DNA of 64,000 nucleotides from Escherichia coli (lineage in GTDB: Bacteria; Pseudomonadota; Gammaproteobacteria; Enterobacterales; Enterobacteriaceae). The DNA lies in assembly GCF_013315695.1 (NCBI RefSeq), contig NZ_CP054353.1; one strand, written 5' to 3'. The position numbers were made by a program, and so were the translations under genes. Shown in pieces: positions 1-11,891 of the stretch (within the stretch, counting starts at the first letter, position 1; every line of letters starts with the position of its first letter). The notes under the pieces were generated by a model. The model did no database searches and was not told the DNA's origin. It saw only the letters and a list, made by a program, of their open reading frames with translations.

Positions 1-533
1 GCGCGAAGATCATCCACGATCCACGTCTCTCCTGGAACACCGTTGATGTGGTGACTGCCGCAGGCGGCACCCCGGTAATGTCGAAAACCGGACACGCCTT
101 TATTAAAGAACGTATGCGCAAGGAAGACGCTATCTACGGTGGCGAAATGAGCGCCCACCATTACTTCCGTGATTTCGCTTACTGCGACAGCGGCATGATC
201 CCGTGGCTGCTGGTCGCCGAACTGGTGTGCCTGAAAGGAAAAACGCTGGGCGAACTGGTGCGCGACCGGATGGCGGCGTTTCCGGCAAGCGGTGAGATCA
301 ACAGCAAACTGGCGCAACCCGTTGAGGCGATTAACCGCGTGGAACAGCATTTTAGCCGTGAGGCGCTGGCGGTGGATCGCACCGATGGCATCAGCATGAC
401 CTTTGCCGACTGGCGCTTTAACCTGCGCTCCTCCAACACCGAACCGGTGGTGCGGTTGAATGTGGAATCGCGCGGTGATGTGCCGCTGATGGAAGCGCGA
501 ACGCGAACTCTGCTGACGTTGCTGAACGAGTAA
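1..533 (+). CDS. cpsG: phosphomannomutase, 3' part (gene begins upstream of window)
   Basis: ORF open to window edge; C-terminal sequence typical of phosphomannomutase; immediately upstream of wcaJ as in the colanic acid cluster. Confidence 0.8.
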   Translation, partial: AKIIHDPRLSWNTVDVVTAAGGTPVMSKTGHAFIKERMRKEDAIYGGEMSAHHYFRDFAYCDSGMIPWLLVAELVCLKGKTLGELVRDRMAAFPASGEINSKLAQPVEAINRVEQHFSREALAVDRTDGISMTFADWRFNLRSSNTEPVVRLNVESRGDVPLMEARTRTLLTLLNE

Positions 534-587
534 TGTCGGATCTTCCCTTACCCCACTGCGGGTAAGGGGCTAATAACAGGAACAACG

Positions 588-1982
588 ATGACAAATCTAA
601 AAAAGCGCGAGCGAGCGAAAACCAATGCATCGTTAATCTCTATGGTGCAACGCTTTTCAGATATCACCATCATGTTTGCCGGGCTATGGCTGGTTTGCGA
701 AGTGAGCGGACTGTCATTCCTCTACATGCACCTGTTGGTGGCGCTGATTACGCTGGTGGTGTTCCAGATGCTGGGCGGCATCACCGATTTTTATCGCTCA
801 TGGCGCGGTGTTCGGGCAGCGACAGAATTTGCCCTGCTGCTACAAAACTGGACCTTAAGCGTGATTTTCAGCGCCGGACTGGTGGCGTTCAACAATGATT
901 TCGACACGCAACTGAAAATCTGGCTGGCGTGGTATGGGCTGACCAGTATCGGACTGGTGGTTTGCCGTTCATGTATTCGCATTGGGGCGGGCTGGCTGCG
1001 TAATCATGGCTATAACAAGCGCATGGTCGCCGTAGCGGGGGATTTAGCCGCCGGACAAATGCTGATGGAGAGCTTCCGTAATCAGCCGTGGTTAGGGTTT
1101 GAAGTGGTGGGCGTATACCACGACCCAAAACCGGGCGGCGTTTCTAACGACTGGGCGGGCAATCTGCAACAACTGGTCGAGGATGCGAAAGCGGGCAAGA
1201 TTCATAACGTCTATATCGCGATGCAGATGTGCGACGGCGCGCGAGTGAAAAAACTGGTCCATCAACTGGCGGACACCACCTGTTCGGTGCTGCTGATCCC
1301 CGATGTCTTTACCTTCAACATTCTCCATTCACGCCTCGAAGAGATGAATGGCGTACCGGTGGTGCCGCTGTATGACACGCCGCTTTCCGGGGTTAACCGC
1401 CTGCTCAAACGTGCGGAAGACATTGTGCTGGCGACGCTTATCCTGCTGCTGATCTCCCCGGTGCTGTGCTGCATTGCGCTGGCGGTGAAACTGAGCTCAC
1501 CGGGGCCGGTTATTTTCCGCCAGACTCGCTACGGCATGGATGGCAAACCGATCAAAGTGTGGAAGTTCCGATCCATGAAAGTGATGGAGAACGACAAAGT
1601 GGTGACTCAGGCGACGCAGAACGATCCGCGCGTCACCAAAGTGGGGAACTTTCTGCGCCGCACCTCGCTGGACGAATTGCCGCAGTTTATCAATGTGCTG
1701 ACTGGCGGGATGTCGATTGTCGGTCCACGTCCGCACGCGGTGGCGCATAACGAACAGTATCGACAGCTCATTGAAGGCTACATGCTGCGCCATAAGGTGA
1801 AACCGGGCATTACCGGCTGGGCGCAGATTAATGGCTGGCGTGGCGAAACCGACACGCTGGAGAAAATGGAAAAACGCGTCGAGTTCGACCTTGAGTACAT
1901 CCGCGAATGGAGCGTCTGGTTCGATATCAAAATCGTTTTCCTGACGGTATTCAAGGGCTTCGTTAACAAAGCGGCATATTGA
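588..1982 (+). CDS. wcaJ: UDP-glucose:undecaprenyl-phosphate glucose-1-phosphate transferase (colanic acid)
   Basis: 464-aa ORF; membrane N-terminus plus sugar transferase C-domain (PRPHAVAHNEQY motif region); matches remembered K-12 WcaJ. Confidence 0.9.
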   Translation: MTNLKKRERAKTNASLISMVQRFSDITIMFAGLWLVCEVSGLSFLYMHLLVALITLVVFQMLGGITDFYRSWRGVRAATEFALLLQNWTLSVIFSAGLVAFNNDFDTQLKIWLAWYGLTSIGLVVCRSCIRIGAGWLRNHGYNKRMVAVAGDLAAGQMLMESFRNQPWLGFEVVGVYHDPKPGGVSNDWAGNLQQLVEDAKAGKIHNVYIAMQMCDGARVKKLVHQLADTTCSVLLIPDVFTFNILHSRLEEMNGVPVVPLYDTPLSGVNRLLKRAEDIVLATLILLLISPVLCCIALAVKLSSPGPVIFRQTRYGMDGKPIKVWKFRSMKVMENDKVVTQATQNDPRVTKVGNFLRRTSLDELPQFINVLTGGMSIVGPRPHAVAHNEQYRQLIEGYMLRHKVKPGITGWAQINGWRGETDTLEKMEKRVEFDLEYIREWSVWFDIKIVFLTVFKGFVNKAAY

Positions 1983-1983
1983 T

Positions 1984-3462
1984 ATGAGCTTACGTGAAAA
2001 AACCATCAGCGGCGCGAAGTGGTCGGCGATTGCCACGGTGATCATCATCGGCCTCGGGCTGGTGCAGATGACCGTGCTGGCGCGGATTATCGACAACCAC
2101 CAGTTCGGCCTGCTTACCGTGTCGCTGGTGATTATCGCGCTGGCAGATACGCTTTCTGACTTCGGTATCGCTAACTCGATTATTCAGCGAAAAGAAATCA
2201 GTCACCTGGAACTTACCACGTTGTACTGGCTGAACGTCGGGCTGGGGCTTGTGGTGTGCGTGGCGGTGTTTTTGTTGAGTGATCTCATTGGTGACGTGCT
2301 GAACAACCCAGACCTGGCACCGTTGATTAAAATATTGTCGCTGGCGTTTGTGGTGATCCCCCACGGACAGCAGTTCCGCGCGTTGATGCAAAAAGAGCTG
2401 GAGTTCAACAAAATCGGCATGATCGAAACCAGCGCGGTGCTGGCGGGCTTCACTTTTACGGTGGTTAGCGCCCATTTCTGGCCACTGGCGATGACCGCGA
2501 TCCTCGGTTATCTGGTCAATAGTGCGGTAAGAACGCTGCTGTTTGGCTACTTTGGTCGCAAAATTTATCGCCCCGGTCTGCATTTCTCGCTGGCGTCGGT
2601 GGCACCGAACTTACGCTTTGGTGCCTGGCTGACGGCGGACAGCATCATCAACTATCTCAATACCAACCTTTCAACGCTGGTGCTGGCGCGTATTCTCGGC
2701 GCGGGCGTGGCAGGGGGATACAACCTGGCGTACAACGTGGCCGTTGTGCCGCCGATGAAGCTGAACCCAATCATCACCCGCGTGTTGTTTCCGGCATTTG
2801 CCAAAATTCAGGACGACACCGAAAAGCTGCGCGTTAACTTCTACAAGCTGCTGTCGGTAGTGGGGATTATCAACTTTCCGGCGCTGCTGGGGCTGATGGT
2901 GGTGTCGAATAACTGTGTACCGCTGGTCTTTGGTGAGAAGTGGAACAGCATTATTCCGGTGCTGCAATTGCTGTGTGTGGTGGGGCTGCTGCGCTCAGTG
3001 GGGAACCCGATTGGTTCGCTGCTGATGGCGAAAGCGCGGGTCGATATCAGCTTTAAATTCAACGTATTCAAAACCTTTATGTTTATTCCGGCGATTGTTA
3101 TTGGTGGGCAGATGGCGGGCGCAATCGGCGTCACGCTTGGTTTCCTGCTGGTGCAGATTATCAACACCATTCTGAGCTATTTCGTGATGATTAAACCGGT
3201 GCTCGGTTCCAGTTATCGTCAGTACATCCTGAGTTTGTGGCTGCCGTTTTATCTCTCGCTGCCGACACTGGTGGTCAGTTATGCGCTGGGCCTATTGCTG
3301 AAAGGGCAACTGGCGCTGGGGATGCTGCTGGCGGTGCAAATAGCCGCGGGCGTGCTGGCGTTTGTGGTGATGATTGTGCTGTCGCGCCATCCGCTGGTGG
3401 TGGAAGTGAAGCGTCAGTTTTGTCGCAGCGAAAAAATGAAAATGCTTTTACGGGCGGGGTGA
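1984..3462 (+). CDS. wzxC: colanic acid repeat-unit flippase (Wzx family)
   Basis: 492-aa polytopic membrane ORF directly after wcaJ; matches remembered WzxC. Confidence 0.9.
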   Translation: MSLREKTISGAKWSAIATVIIIGLGLVQMTVLARIIDNHQFGLLTVSLVIIALADTLSDFGIANSIIQRKEISHLELTTLYWLNVGLGLVVCVAVFLLSDLIGDVLNNPDLAPLIKILSLAFVVIPHGQQFRALMQKELEFNKIGMIETSAVLAGFTFTVVSAHFWPLAMTAILGYLVNSAVRTLLFGYFGRKIYRPGLHFSLASVAPNLRFGAWLTADSIINYLNTNLSTLVLARILGAGVAGGYNLAYNVAVVPPMKLNPIITRVLFPAFAKIQDDTEKLRVNFYKLLSVVGIINFPALLGLMVVSNNCVPLVFGEKWNSIIPVLQLLCVVGLLRSVGNPIGSLLMAKARVDISFKFNVFKTFMFIPAIVIGGQMAGAIGVTLGFLLVQIINTILSYFVMIKPVLGSSYRQYILSLWLPFYLSLPTLVVSYALGLLLKGQLALGMLLAVQIAAGVLAFVVMIVLSRHPLVVEVKRQFCRSEKMKMLLRAG

Positions 3463-3491
3463 ATGGCTATCCCCGTAAGGTCGTGCGCATT

Positions 3492-3535
3492 TTCCCCCTC
3501 ACCCTAACCCTCTCCCCAGGGGGCGAGGGGACTGA
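3492..3535. repeat. REP-like imperfect palindromic extragenic element (tcccc..gagggga)
   Basis: Intergenic C/G-rich imperfect palindrome after wzxC; produces the spurious PLTLTLSPGGEG ORF typical of such repeats. Confidence 0.4.
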
Positions 3536-3623
3536 TCGAGCACAGCTTTGAATATGTCACCGGTTTAACTCTTAATCATCAACCATAGCACCGACGCAAT
3601 TTAGAACTCCTTTTGAGGTCATA

Positions 3624-4904
3624 ATGAAATTACTTATTCTGGGCAACCACACTTGCGGCAATCGTGGCGACAGCGCCATCCTGCGCGGCTTACTTGATGC
3701 CATCAACATCCTCAATCCACACGCCGAAGTGGACGTGATGAGCCGCTATCCGGTCAGTTCTTCCTGGCTGCTCAACCGCCCGGTAATGGGCGATCCGCTG
3801 TTCCTGCAAATGAAAAAACACAACAGCGCGGCGGGCGTTGTCGGGCGCGTTAAAAAAGTCCTCCGTCGCCGCTATCAGCATCAGGTATTGCTCTCACGCG
3901 TCACCGACACTGGCAAGCTGCGTAATATCGCCATCGCCCAGGGATTCACTGACTTCGTGCGCCTGCTGTCAGGTTACGACGCCATTATTCAGGTCGGCGG
4001 ATCGTTTTTTGTCGATCTCTACGGCGTGCCGCAGTTTGAACACGCGCTTTGCACTTTCATGGCGAAAAAGCCGCTATTTATGATTGGTCACAGCGTTGGT
4101 CCATTCCAGGATGAGCAATTTAACCAACTGGCGAACTACGTTTTTGGTCACTGCGACGCGCTGATCCTGCGCGAATCGGTCAGCCTTGAACTGATGAAAC
4201 GCAGCAATATCACCACCGCAAAAGTCGAACATGGCGTCGATACTGCGTGGCTGGTCGATCACCACACAGAAGACTTCACCGCCAGCTATGCCGTTCAACA
4301 CTGGCTGGACGTTGCCGCACAACAGAAAACGGTAGCAATTACCCTGCGCGAACTGGCACCGTTCGACAAACGTCTCGGCACCACTCAGCAAGCGTATGAA
4401 AAAGCCTTTGCCGGGGTGGTCAATCGCATTCTCGACGAAGGGTATCAGGTGATTGCGCTTTCCACCTGTACGGGCATCGACAGCTATAACAAAGACGACC
4501 GCATGGTGGCGCTCAATCTTCGCCAGCACATCAGCGATCCTGCCCGTTACCACGTGGTGATGGATGAACTCAACGATCTGGAAATGGGCAAAATTCTGGG
4601 GGCCTGTGAACTCACCGTCGGTACGCGCCTGCACTCTGCCATTATCTCGATGAACTTTGCCACTCCGGCGATTGCCATCAACTATGAACATAAATCCGCC
4701 GGGATTATGCAACAACTGGGGCTACCAGAGATGGCAATTGATATCCGTCATTTATTAGACGGCAGCCTGCAAGCGATGGTTGCGGATACCTTAGGCCAGC
4801 TTCCGGCACTGAACACGCGACTTAACGAAGCCGTCAGTCGCGAACGTCAGACGGGAATGCAGATGGTGAAATCTGTGCTTGAACGCATCGGGGAGGCGAA
4901 ATGA
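3624..4904 (+). CDS. wcaK: colanic acid biosynthesis pyruvyl transferase
   Basis: 426-aa ORF, N-terminus MKLLILGNHTCGNRGDSAILRGL matches remembered WcaK; synteny. Confidence 0.85.
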   Translation: MKLLILGNHTCGNRGDSAILRGLLDAINILNPHAEVDVMSRYPVSSSWLLNRPVMGDPLFLQMKKHNSAAGVVGRVKKVLRRRYQHQVLLSRVTDTGKLRNIAIAQGFTDFVRLLSGYDAIIQVGGSFFVDLYGVPQFEHALCTFMAKKPLFMIGHSVGPFQDEQFNQLANYVFGHCDALILRESVSLELMKRSNITTAKVEHGVDTAWLVDHHTEDFTASYAVQHWLDVAAQQKTVAITLRELAPFDKRLGTTQQAYEKAFAGVVNRILDEGYQVIALSTCTGIDSYNKDDRMVALNLRQHISDPARYHVVMDELNDLEMGKILGACELTVGTRLHSAIISMNFATPAIAINYEHKSAGIMQQLGLPEMAIDIRHLLDGSLQAMVADTLGQLPALNTRLNEAVSRERQTGMQMVKSVLERIGEAK

Positions 4905-6121
4905 AGGTCGGCTTCTTTTTACTGAAATTTCCACTGTCGTCGGAAACCTTCGTCCTCAATCAAATTACCGCGTTTATTGATATGGGCTTTGAGGTGGAGA
5001 TTGTCGCGCTGCAAAAAGGCGACACACAAAACACCCACGCGGCATGGACAAAATATAACCTTGCCGCCAGAACCCGCTGGTTACAGGACGAGCCACAAGG
5101 CAAAGTGGCGAAACTGCGCCACCGCGCCAGCCAGACGTTGCGCGGTATTCATCGTAAAAATACCTGGCAGGCGCTTAACCTCAAACGCTATGGTGCTGAG
5201 TCGCGGAACCTGATTTTGTCTGCCATTTGCGGCCAGGTCGCAACACCGTTTCATGCCGATGTGTTTATCGCTCATTTTGGCCCTGCTGGGGTAACCGCGG
5301 CAAAACTACGCGAACTGGGTGTCATTCGCGGCAAAATTGCCACTATCTTCCACGGTATTGATATCTCCAGTCGGGAAGTGCTCAACCACTACACTCCCGA
5401 ATATCAACAACTGTTTCGCCGTGGCGACCTGATGTTACCAATAAGCAATCTGTGGGCCGGAAGGCTGCAAAAAATGGGCTGCCCGAGGGAAAAAATCGCC
5501 GTATCGCGCATGGGCGTGGACATGACGCGTTTTAGCCCGCGTCCGGTGAAAGCGCCCGCAACGCCGCTGGAAATCATCTCCGTCGCACGCTTAACCGAGA
5601 AAAAAGGCCTGCATGTGGCGATTGAAGCCTGCCGCCAGTTGAAAGAGCAGGGCGTGGCATTTCGCTATCGCATCCTCGGCATTGGCCCGTGGGAACGACG
5701 CCTGCGCACCCTCATCGAACAATATCAACTGGAAGATGTGATAGAGATGCCGGGCTTTAAACCGAGCCATGAAGTGAAAGCGATGCTCGATGACGCGGAT
5801 GTCTTCCTGTTGCCATCGGTTACAGGTGCGGATGGCGATATGGAAGGTATTCCGGTGGCGCTAATGGAAGCGATGGCGGTTGGCATTCCGGTTGTTTCTA
5901 CTCTGCACAGCGGAATACCGGAACTGGTGGAGGCCGATAAATCCGGTTGGCTGGTGCCTGAGAACGATGCCTGTGCACTGGCGCAACGACTGGCGGCGTT
6001 TAGCCAACTGGACACCGACGAACTTACTACGGTTGTCAAACGTGCGCGCGAAAAAGTCGAACACGATTTTAACCAGCAGGTGATCAATCGAGAACTCGCC
6101 AGCTTGCTGCAGGCTTTATAG
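4901..6121 (+). CDS. wcaL: colanic acid glycosyltransferase (GT1/GT4-like)
   Basis: 406-aa ORF overlapping wcaK stop by 4 nt; GT-B type C-terminal domain; synteny. Confidence 0.85.
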   Translation: MKVGFFLLKFPLSSETFVLNQITAFIDMGFEVEIVALQKGDTQNTHAAWTKYNLAARTRWLQDEPQGKVAKLRHRASQTLRGIHRKNTWQALNLKRYGAESRNLILSAICGQVATPFHADVFIAHFGPAGVTAAKLRELGVIRGKIATIFHGIDISSREVLNHYTPEYQQLFRRGDLMLPISNLWAGRLQKMGCPREKIAVSRMGVDMTRFSPRPVKAPATPLEIISVARLTEKKGLHVAIEACRQLKEQGVAFRYRILGIGPWERRLRTLIEQYQLEDVIEMPGFKPSHEVKAMLDDADVFLLPSVTGADGDMEGIPVALMEAMAVGIPVVSTLHSGIPELVEADKSGWLVPENDACALAQRLAAFSQLDTDELTTVVKRAREKVEHDFNQQVINRELASLLQAL

Positions 6122-6131
6122 AGGAGAACGT

Positions 6132-7526
6132 ATGCCATTTAAAAAACTCTCCCGACGCACCTTCCTGACGGCAAGCTCGGCGCTTGCCTTCCTCCATACC
6201 CCTTTCGCTCGCGCGCTTCCCGCCCGACAAATCGTTAACATTAACGACTACAACCCACACGACTGGATCGCCTCATTTAAACAAGCCTTCAGCGAAGGGC
6301 AAACGGTCGTCGTGCCTGCCGGATTCGTTTGTGAAAATATCAACACCGGCATCTTCATTCCTCCTGGCAAAACGTTGCACATCCTTGGAAGCCTGCGCGG
6401 CAACGGCAGAGGGCGTTTTGTCTTACAAGACGGCAGCCAGGTGACAGGGGAGAAGGGCGGCCGTATGCATAACATCACCCTGGATGTGCGCGGTTCTGAC
6501 TGCATCATCAAAGGGTTGGCGATGAGCGGTTTTGGCCCGGTAACGCAGATTTATATCGGCGGCAAAAATAAACGCGTCATGCGCAACTTGACCATCGATA
6601 ACCTGACCGTCAGCCACGCTAATTACGCCATTTTACGCCAGGGATTTCATAACCAGATTATCGGTGCCAACATCACCAATTGTAAGTTCAGCGACTTACA
6701 GGGCGACGCCATTGAATGGAATGTAGCAATCAATGATCGCGACATTTTGATATCCGACCATGTCATCGAGCGCATCAACTGTACTAACGGCAAAATCAAC
6801 TGGGGTATTGGCATAGGACTGGCAGGAAGTACTTACGATAATAATTATCCGGAAAACCAGGCAGTGAAAAACTTTGTCGTTGCGAATATCACGGGATCAG
6901 ATTGTCGGCAACTGATCCATGTTGAAAATGGTAAACATTTTGTTATCCGTAATATCAAAGCTCGTAATATCACGCCGGATTTCAGTAAGAAAGCAGGTAT
7001 TGATAACGCCACAGTTGCTATTTATGGTTGTGACAACTTTGTGATTGATAATATTGAAATGATTAATAGTGCCGGGATGTTAATCGGCTATGGGGTAATT
7101 AAAGGCAAATATCTCTCGATACCGCAGAATTTCCGAGTGAATGATATTCAACTGGATAATACTCATCTTGCTTATAAATTGCGCGGCATCCAAATCTCCG
7201 CCGGGAATGCTGTCTCCTTTGTGGCGCTGACTAACATTGAGATGAAGCGTGCGTCGCTGGAGTTACACAACAAACCGCAACATCTTTTTATGCGAAATAT
7301 CAATGTGATGCAGGAATCCTCAGTTGGACCCGCATTGAGCATGAACTTTGACATGCGCAAAGACGTTCGCGGCGTGTTTATGGCGAAAAAAGAAACACTG
7401 CTGTCTCTTGCAAATGTTCATGCGGTGAATGAAAAAGGACAAATCTCCGTCGATATCGACAGGATTAATCACCATATTGTTAATGTGGAGAAGATTAACT
7501 TTAGATTGCCAGAACGGAGGGAGTAG
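6132..7526 (+). CDS. wcaM: colanic acid biosynthesis protein WcaM (signal-peptide protein, beta-helix-like)
   Basis: 464-aa ORF with N-terminal signal-like sequence; last gene of the wca cluster before galF. Confidence 0.85.
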   Translation: MPFKKLSRRTFLTASSALAFLHTPFARALPARQIVNINDYNPHDWIASFKQAFSEGQTVVVPAGFVCENINTGIFIPPGKTLHILGSLRGNGRGRFVLQDGSQVTGEKGGRMHNITLDVRGSDCIIKGLAMSGFGPVTQIYIGGKNKRVMRNLTIDNLTVSHANYAILRQGFHNQIIGANITNCKFSDLQGDAIEWNVAINDRDILISDHVIERINCTNGKINWGIGIGLAGSTYDNNYPENQAVKNFVVANITGSDCRQLIHVENGKHFVIRNIKARNITPDFSKKAGIDNATVAIYGCDNFVIDNIEMINSAGMLIGYGVIKGKYLSIPQNFRVNDIQLDNTHLAYKLRGIQISAGNAVSFVALTNIEMKRASLELHNKPQHLFMRNINVMQESSVGPALSMNFDMRKDVRGVFMAKKETLLSLANVHAVNEKGQISVDIDRINHHIVNVEKINFRLPERRE

Positions 7527-7700
7527 ATTTGCGACCATTCCTGGAAAAATGGAGTCATACTTAGGAACAATGCTACTGCAATCCACAACGAAGCGGCGTA
7601 ACATCACAAGTAATTCAGTAATCAATTCAGGGTAATTGATGCTGGCGAAAAAAATCGAACAAGCTATAATTCAGCAACCATTTTACAGGTGGATGAAATA

Positions 7701-8594
7701 ATGACGAATTTAAAAGCAGTTATTCCTGTAGCGGGTCTTGGGATGCATATGTTGCCTGCCACTAAGGCGATTCCCAAAGAGATGCTACCGATCGTCGACA
7801 AGCCAATGATTCAGTACATCGTTGACGAGATTGTGGCTGCAGGGATCAAAGAAATCCTCCTGGTAACTCACGCTTCCAAGAACGCGGTCGAAAACCACTT
7901 CGACACCTCTTATGAATTAGAATCTCTCCTTGAACAGCGCGTGAAGCGTCAACTGCTGGCGGAAGTACAGTCCATTTGCCCGCCGGGCGTGACAATTATG
8001 AACGTGCGTCAGGGCGAACCTTTAGGTTTGGGCCACTCCATTTTATGTGCACGACCTGCCATTGGTGACAATCCATTTGTCGTGGTGCTGCCAGACGTTG
8101 TGATCGACGACGCCAGCGCCGACCCGCTGCGCTACAACCTTGCTGCCATGATTGCGCGCTTCAACGAAACGGGCCGCAGCCAGGTGCTGGCAAAACGTAT
8201 GCCGGGTGACCTCTCTGAATACTCTGTCATCCAGACCAAAGAGCCGCTGGACCGCGAAGGTAAAGTCAGCCGCATTGTTGAATTCATCGAAAAACCGGAT
8301 CAGCCGCAGACGCTGGACTCAGACATCATGGCCGTTGGTCGCTATGTGCTTTCTGCCGATATTTGGCCGGAACTGGAACGCACGCAGCCTGGTGCATGGG
8401 GGCGTATTCAGCTGACTGATGCCATTGCCGAACTGGCGAAAAAACAGTCCGTTGATGCCATGCTGATGACCGGCGACAGCTACGACTGCGGTAAAAAAAT
8501 GGGTTATATGCAAGCGTTCGTGAAGTATGGACTACGCAACCTCAAAGAAGGGGCGAAGTTCCGTAAAGGGATTGAGAAGCTGTTAAGCGAATAA
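7701..8594 (+). CDS. galF: UTP-glucose-1-phosphate uridylyltransferase paralogue (regulatory subunit)
   Basis: ORF 7689..8594; ATG at 7701 gives [30 protein letters not shown], matching remembered GalF. Confidence 0.92.
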   Translation: MTNLKAVIPVAGLGMHMLPATKAIPKEMLPIVDKPMIQYIVDEIVAAGIKEILLVTHASKNAVENHFDTSYELESLLEQRVKRQLLAEVQSICPPGVTIMNVRQGEPLGLGHSILCARPAIGDNPFVVVLPDVVIDDASADPLRYNLAAMIARFNETGRSQVLAKRMPGDLSEYSVIQTKEPLDREGKVSRIVEFIEKPDQPQTLDSDIMAVGRYVLSADIWPELERTQPGAWGRIQLTDAIAELAKKQSVDAMLMTGDSYDCGKKMGYMQAFVKYGLRNLKEGAKFRKGIEKLLSE

Positions 8595-8852
8595 TGAAAA
8601 TCTGACCGGATGTAACGGTTGATAAGAAAATTATAACGGCAGTGAAGATTAGCGGCGAAAGTAATTTGTCGCGAATTTTCCTGCCGTTGTTTTATATAAA
8701 CAATCAGAATAACAACGACTTAGCAATAGGATTTTAGTCAAAGTTTTCCAGGATTTTCCTTGTTTCCAGAGCGGATTGGTAAGACAATTAGCGCTTGAAT
8801 TTTTCGAGTTAAGCGCGAGTGGGTAACGCTCGTCACATCGTAGGAATGCATG

Positions 8853-8891
8853 CAGTGCTCTGGTAGCTGTAAAGCCAGGGGCGGTAGCGTG
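8853..8891 (+). promoter_or_regulatory. JUMPStart element with ops site (GGCGGTAGCGTG) for RfaH-dependent antitermination
   Basis: cagtgctctggtagctgtaaagccaggggcggtagcgtg about 75 bp upstream of rmlB; ops 12-mer at 8880..8891. Confidence 0.8.
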
Positions 8892-8966
8892 CATTAATAC
8901 CTCTATTAATCAAACTGAGAGCCGCTTATTTCACAGCATGCTCTGAAGTAATATGGAATAAATTAA

Positions 8967-10052
8967 GTGAAGATACTTGTTACTGGGGGCGCAGGATTTA
9001 TTGGTTCTGCTGTAGTTCGTCACATTATAAATAATACGCAGGATAGTGTTGTTAATGTCGATAAATTAACGTACGCCGGAAACCTGGAATCACTTGCTGA
9101 TGTTTCTGACTCTGAACGCTATGTTTTTGAACATGCGGATATTTGCGATGCTGCTGCAATGGCGCGGATTTTTGCTCAGCATCAGCCGGATGCAGTGATG
9201 CACCTGGCTGCTGAAAGCCATGTGGATCGTTCAATTACAGGCCCTGCGGCATTTATTGAAACCAATATTGTTGGTACTTATGTCCTTTTGGAAGCGGCTC
9301 GCAATTACTGGTCTGCTCTTGATGGCGACAAGAAAAATAGCTTCCGTTTTCATCATATTTCTACTGACGAAGTCTATGGTGATTTGCCTCATCCTGACGA
9401 AGTAAATAATAAAGAACAATTACCCCTCTTTACTGAGACGACAGCTTACGCGCCTAGTAGTCCTTATTCCGCATCAAAAGCATCCAGCGATCATTTAGTC
9501 CGCGCGTGGAAACGTACCTATGGTTTACCGACTATTGTGACTAACTGTTCGAATAACTACGGTCCTTATCACTTTCCGGAAAAATTGATTCCACTAGTAA
9601 TTCTTAATGCTCTGGAAGGTAAGGCATTACCTATTTATGGCAAAGGGGATCAAATTCGTGACTGGCTGTATGTTGAAGATCATGCGCGTGCGTTATATAC
9701 CGTAGTTACTGAAGGTCAAGCGGGTGAAACCTATAACATTGGCGGACACAACGAAAAGAAAAACATCGATGTTGTGCTGACTATTTGTGATTTGTTGGAC
9801 GAGATAGTCCCGAAAGAGAAATCTTATCGTGAGCAAATTACTTATGTTGCTGATCGCCCAGGGCATGATCGCCGTTATGCGATTGATGCTGAGAAGATTG
9901 GTCGCGAATTGGGATGGAAACCACAGGAAACGTTTGAGAGTGGGATTCGTAAAACGGTGGAATGGTATTTGGCTAATGCAAAATGGGTTGATAATGTGAA
10001 AAGTGGTGCCTATCAATCGTGGATTGAACAGAACTATGAGGGCCGCCAGTAA
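8967..10052 (+). CDS. rmlB: dTDP-glucose 4,6-dehydratase
   Basis: 361-aa ORF, GTG start, [14 protein letters not shown]ossmann N-terminus; first gene of the O-antigen cluster. Confidence 0.95.
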   Translation: MKILVTGGAGFIGSAVVRHIINNTQDSVVNVDKLTYAGNLESLADVSDSERYVFEHADICDAAAMARIFAQHQPDAVMHLAAESHVDRSITGPAAFIETNIVGTYVLLEAARNYWSALDGDKKNSFRFHHISTDEVYGDLPHPDEVNNKEQLPLFTETTAYAPSSPYSASKASSDHLVRAWKRTYGLPTIVTNCSNNYGPYHFPEKLIPLVILNALEGKALPIYGKGDQIRDWLYVEDHARALYTVVTEGQAGETYNIGGHNEKKNIDVVLTICDLLDEIVPKEKSYREQITYVADRPGHDRRYAIDAEKIGRELGWKPQETFESGIRKTVEWYLANAKWVDNVKSGAYQSWIEQNYEGRQ

Positions 10053-10951
10053 TGAATATCCTCCTTTTTGGCAAAACAGGGCAGGTAGGTTGGGAACTAC
10101 AGCGTGCTCTGGCACCTCTGGGTAATTTGATTGCTCTTGATGTTCACTCCACTGATTACTGTGGTGATTTTAGTAACCCTGAAGGTGTGGCTGAAACAGT
10201 CAAAAGAATTCGACCTGATGTTATTGTTAATGCTGCGGCTCACACCGCAGTAGATAAGGCTGAGTCAGAACCCGAATTTGCACAATTACTCAATGCGACT
10301 AGCGTTGAATCAATTGCAAAAGCGGCAAATGAAGTTGGGGCTTGGGTAATTCATTACTCAACTGACTACGTATTCCCTGGAAATGGCGACACGCCATGGC
10401 TGGAGATGGATGCAACCGCACCGCTAAATGTTTACGGTGAAACCAAGTTAGCTGGAGAAAAAGCATTACAAGAGCATTGTGCGAAGCACCTAATTTTCCG
10501 TACCAGCTGGGTCTATGCAGGTAAAGGAAATAATTTCGCCAAAACGATGTTGCGTCTGGCAAAAGAGCGTGAAGAACTAGCCGTTATTAATGATCAGTTT
10601 GGTGCGCCAACAGGTGCTGAACTGCTGGCTGATTGTACGGCACATGCCATTCGTGTCGCACTGAATAAACCGGATGTCGCAGGCTTGTACCATTTGGTAG
10701 CCAGTGGTACCACAACCTGGTACGATTATGCTGCGCTGGTTTTTGAAGAGGCGCGCAATGCAGGCATTCCTCTTGCACTCAACAAGCTCAACGCAGTACC
10801 AACAACTGCCTATCCTACACCAGCTCGTCGTCCACATAACTCTCGCCTTAATACAGAAAAATTTCAGCAGAATTTTGCGCTTGTATTGCCTGACTGGCAG
10901 GTTGGTGTGAAACGCATGCTCAACGAATTATTTACGACTACAGCAATTTAA
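10052..10951 (+). CDS. rmlD: dTDP-4-dehydrorhamnose reductase
   Basis: 299-aa ORF starting [20 protein letters not shown]; canonical rmlBDAC order. Confidence 0.95.
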   Translation: MNILLFGKTGQVGWELQRALAPLGNLIALDVHSTDYCGDFSNPEGVAETVKRIRPDVIVNAAAHTAVDKAESEPEFAQLLNATSVESIAKAANEVGAWVIHYSTDYVFPGNGDTPWLEMDATAPLNVYGETKLAGEKALQEHCAKHLIFRTSWVYAGKGNNFAKTMLRLAKEREELAVINDQFGAPTGAELLADCTAHAIRVALNKPDVAGLYHLVASGTTTWYDYAALVFEEARNAGIPLALNKLNAVPTTAYPTPARRPHNSRLNTEKFQQNFALVLPDWQVGVKRMLNELFTTTAI

Positions 10952-11008
10952 TAGTTTTTGCATCTTGTTCGTGATGGTGGAGCAAGATGAATTAAAAGGA
11001 ATGATGAA

Positions 11009-11887
11009 ATGAAAACGCGTAAAGGTATTATTTTAGCGGGTGGTTCTGGTACTCGTCTTTATCCTGTGACTATGGTCGTCAGTAAACAGCTATTACCTAT
11101 ATATGATAAACCGATGATCTATTATCCGCTTTCTACACTGATGTTAGCGGGTATTCGCGATATTCTGATTATTAGTACGCCACAGGATACTCCTCGTTTT
11201 CAACAACTGCTGGGTGACGGTAGCCAGTGGGGCCTGAATCTTCAGTACAAAGTGCAACCGAGTCCGGATGGTCTTGCGCAGGCATTTATTATCGGTGAAG
11301 AGTTTATTGGTGGTGATGATTGTGCTTTGGTACTTGGTGATAATATCTTCTACGGTCACGACCTGCCTAAGTTAATGGATGCCGCTGTTAACAAAGAAAG
11401 TGGTGCAACGGTATTTGCCTATCACGTTAATGATCCTGAACGCTATGGTGTCGTTGAGTTTGATAAAAACGGTACGGCGATCAGCCTGGAAGAAAAACCG
11501 CTACAACCAAAAAGTAATTATGCGGTAACCGGGCTTTATTTTTATGATAACGACGTTGTCGAAATGGCGAAAAATCTTAAGCCTTCTGCCCGCGGTGAAC
11601 TGGAAATTACCGATATTAACCGTATCTATATGGAACAAGGGCGTTTATCTGTTGCCATGATGGGGCGTGGTTATGCGTGGTTAGACACGGGGACACATCA
11701 GAGCCTGATTGAGGCAAGCAACTTTATTGCAACAATTGAAGAGCGTCAGGGGCTGAAAGTTTCCTGCCCGGAAGAAATTGCTTACCGTAAAGGGTTTGTT
11801 GATGCTGAGCAGGTGAAAGTATTAGCTGAACCTCTGAAAAAAAATGCTTATGGTCAGTATCTGCTGAAAATGATTAAAGGTTATTAA
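11009..11887 (+). CDS. rmlA: glucose-1-phosphate thymidylyltransferase
   Basis: 292-aa [22 protein letters not shown] motif. Confidence 0.95.
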   Translation: MKTRKGIILAGGSGTRLYPVTMVVSKQLLPIYDKPMIYYPLSTLMLAGIRDILIISTPQDTPRFQQLLGDGSQWGLNLQYKVQPSPDGLAQAFIIGEEFIGGDDCALVLGDNIFYGHDLPKLMDAAVNKESGATVFAYHVNDPERYGVVEFDKNGTAISLEEKPLQPKSNYAVTGLYFYDNDVVEMAKNLKPSARGELEITDINRIYMEQGRLSVAMMGRGYAWLDTGTHQSLIEASNFIATIEERQGLKVSCPEEIAYRKGFVDAEQVKVLAEPLKKNAYGQYLLKMIKGY

Positions 11888-11891
11888 TAAA

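Noticed and set aside
1990-2583. 197-aa minus-strand ORF
   Set aside because: Antisense to wzxC; His/Arg/Gln-rich translation typical of antisense frames of membrane-protein genes.
3237-3551. 104-aa plus-strand ORF ending in PLTLTLSPGGEG
   Set aside because: Overlaps the wzxC 3' end in another frame and runs through a REP-like palindrome; a recurrent repeat-derived artefact.
4074-4715. 213-aa minus-strand ORF
   Set aside because: Antisense to wcaK; no independent support.
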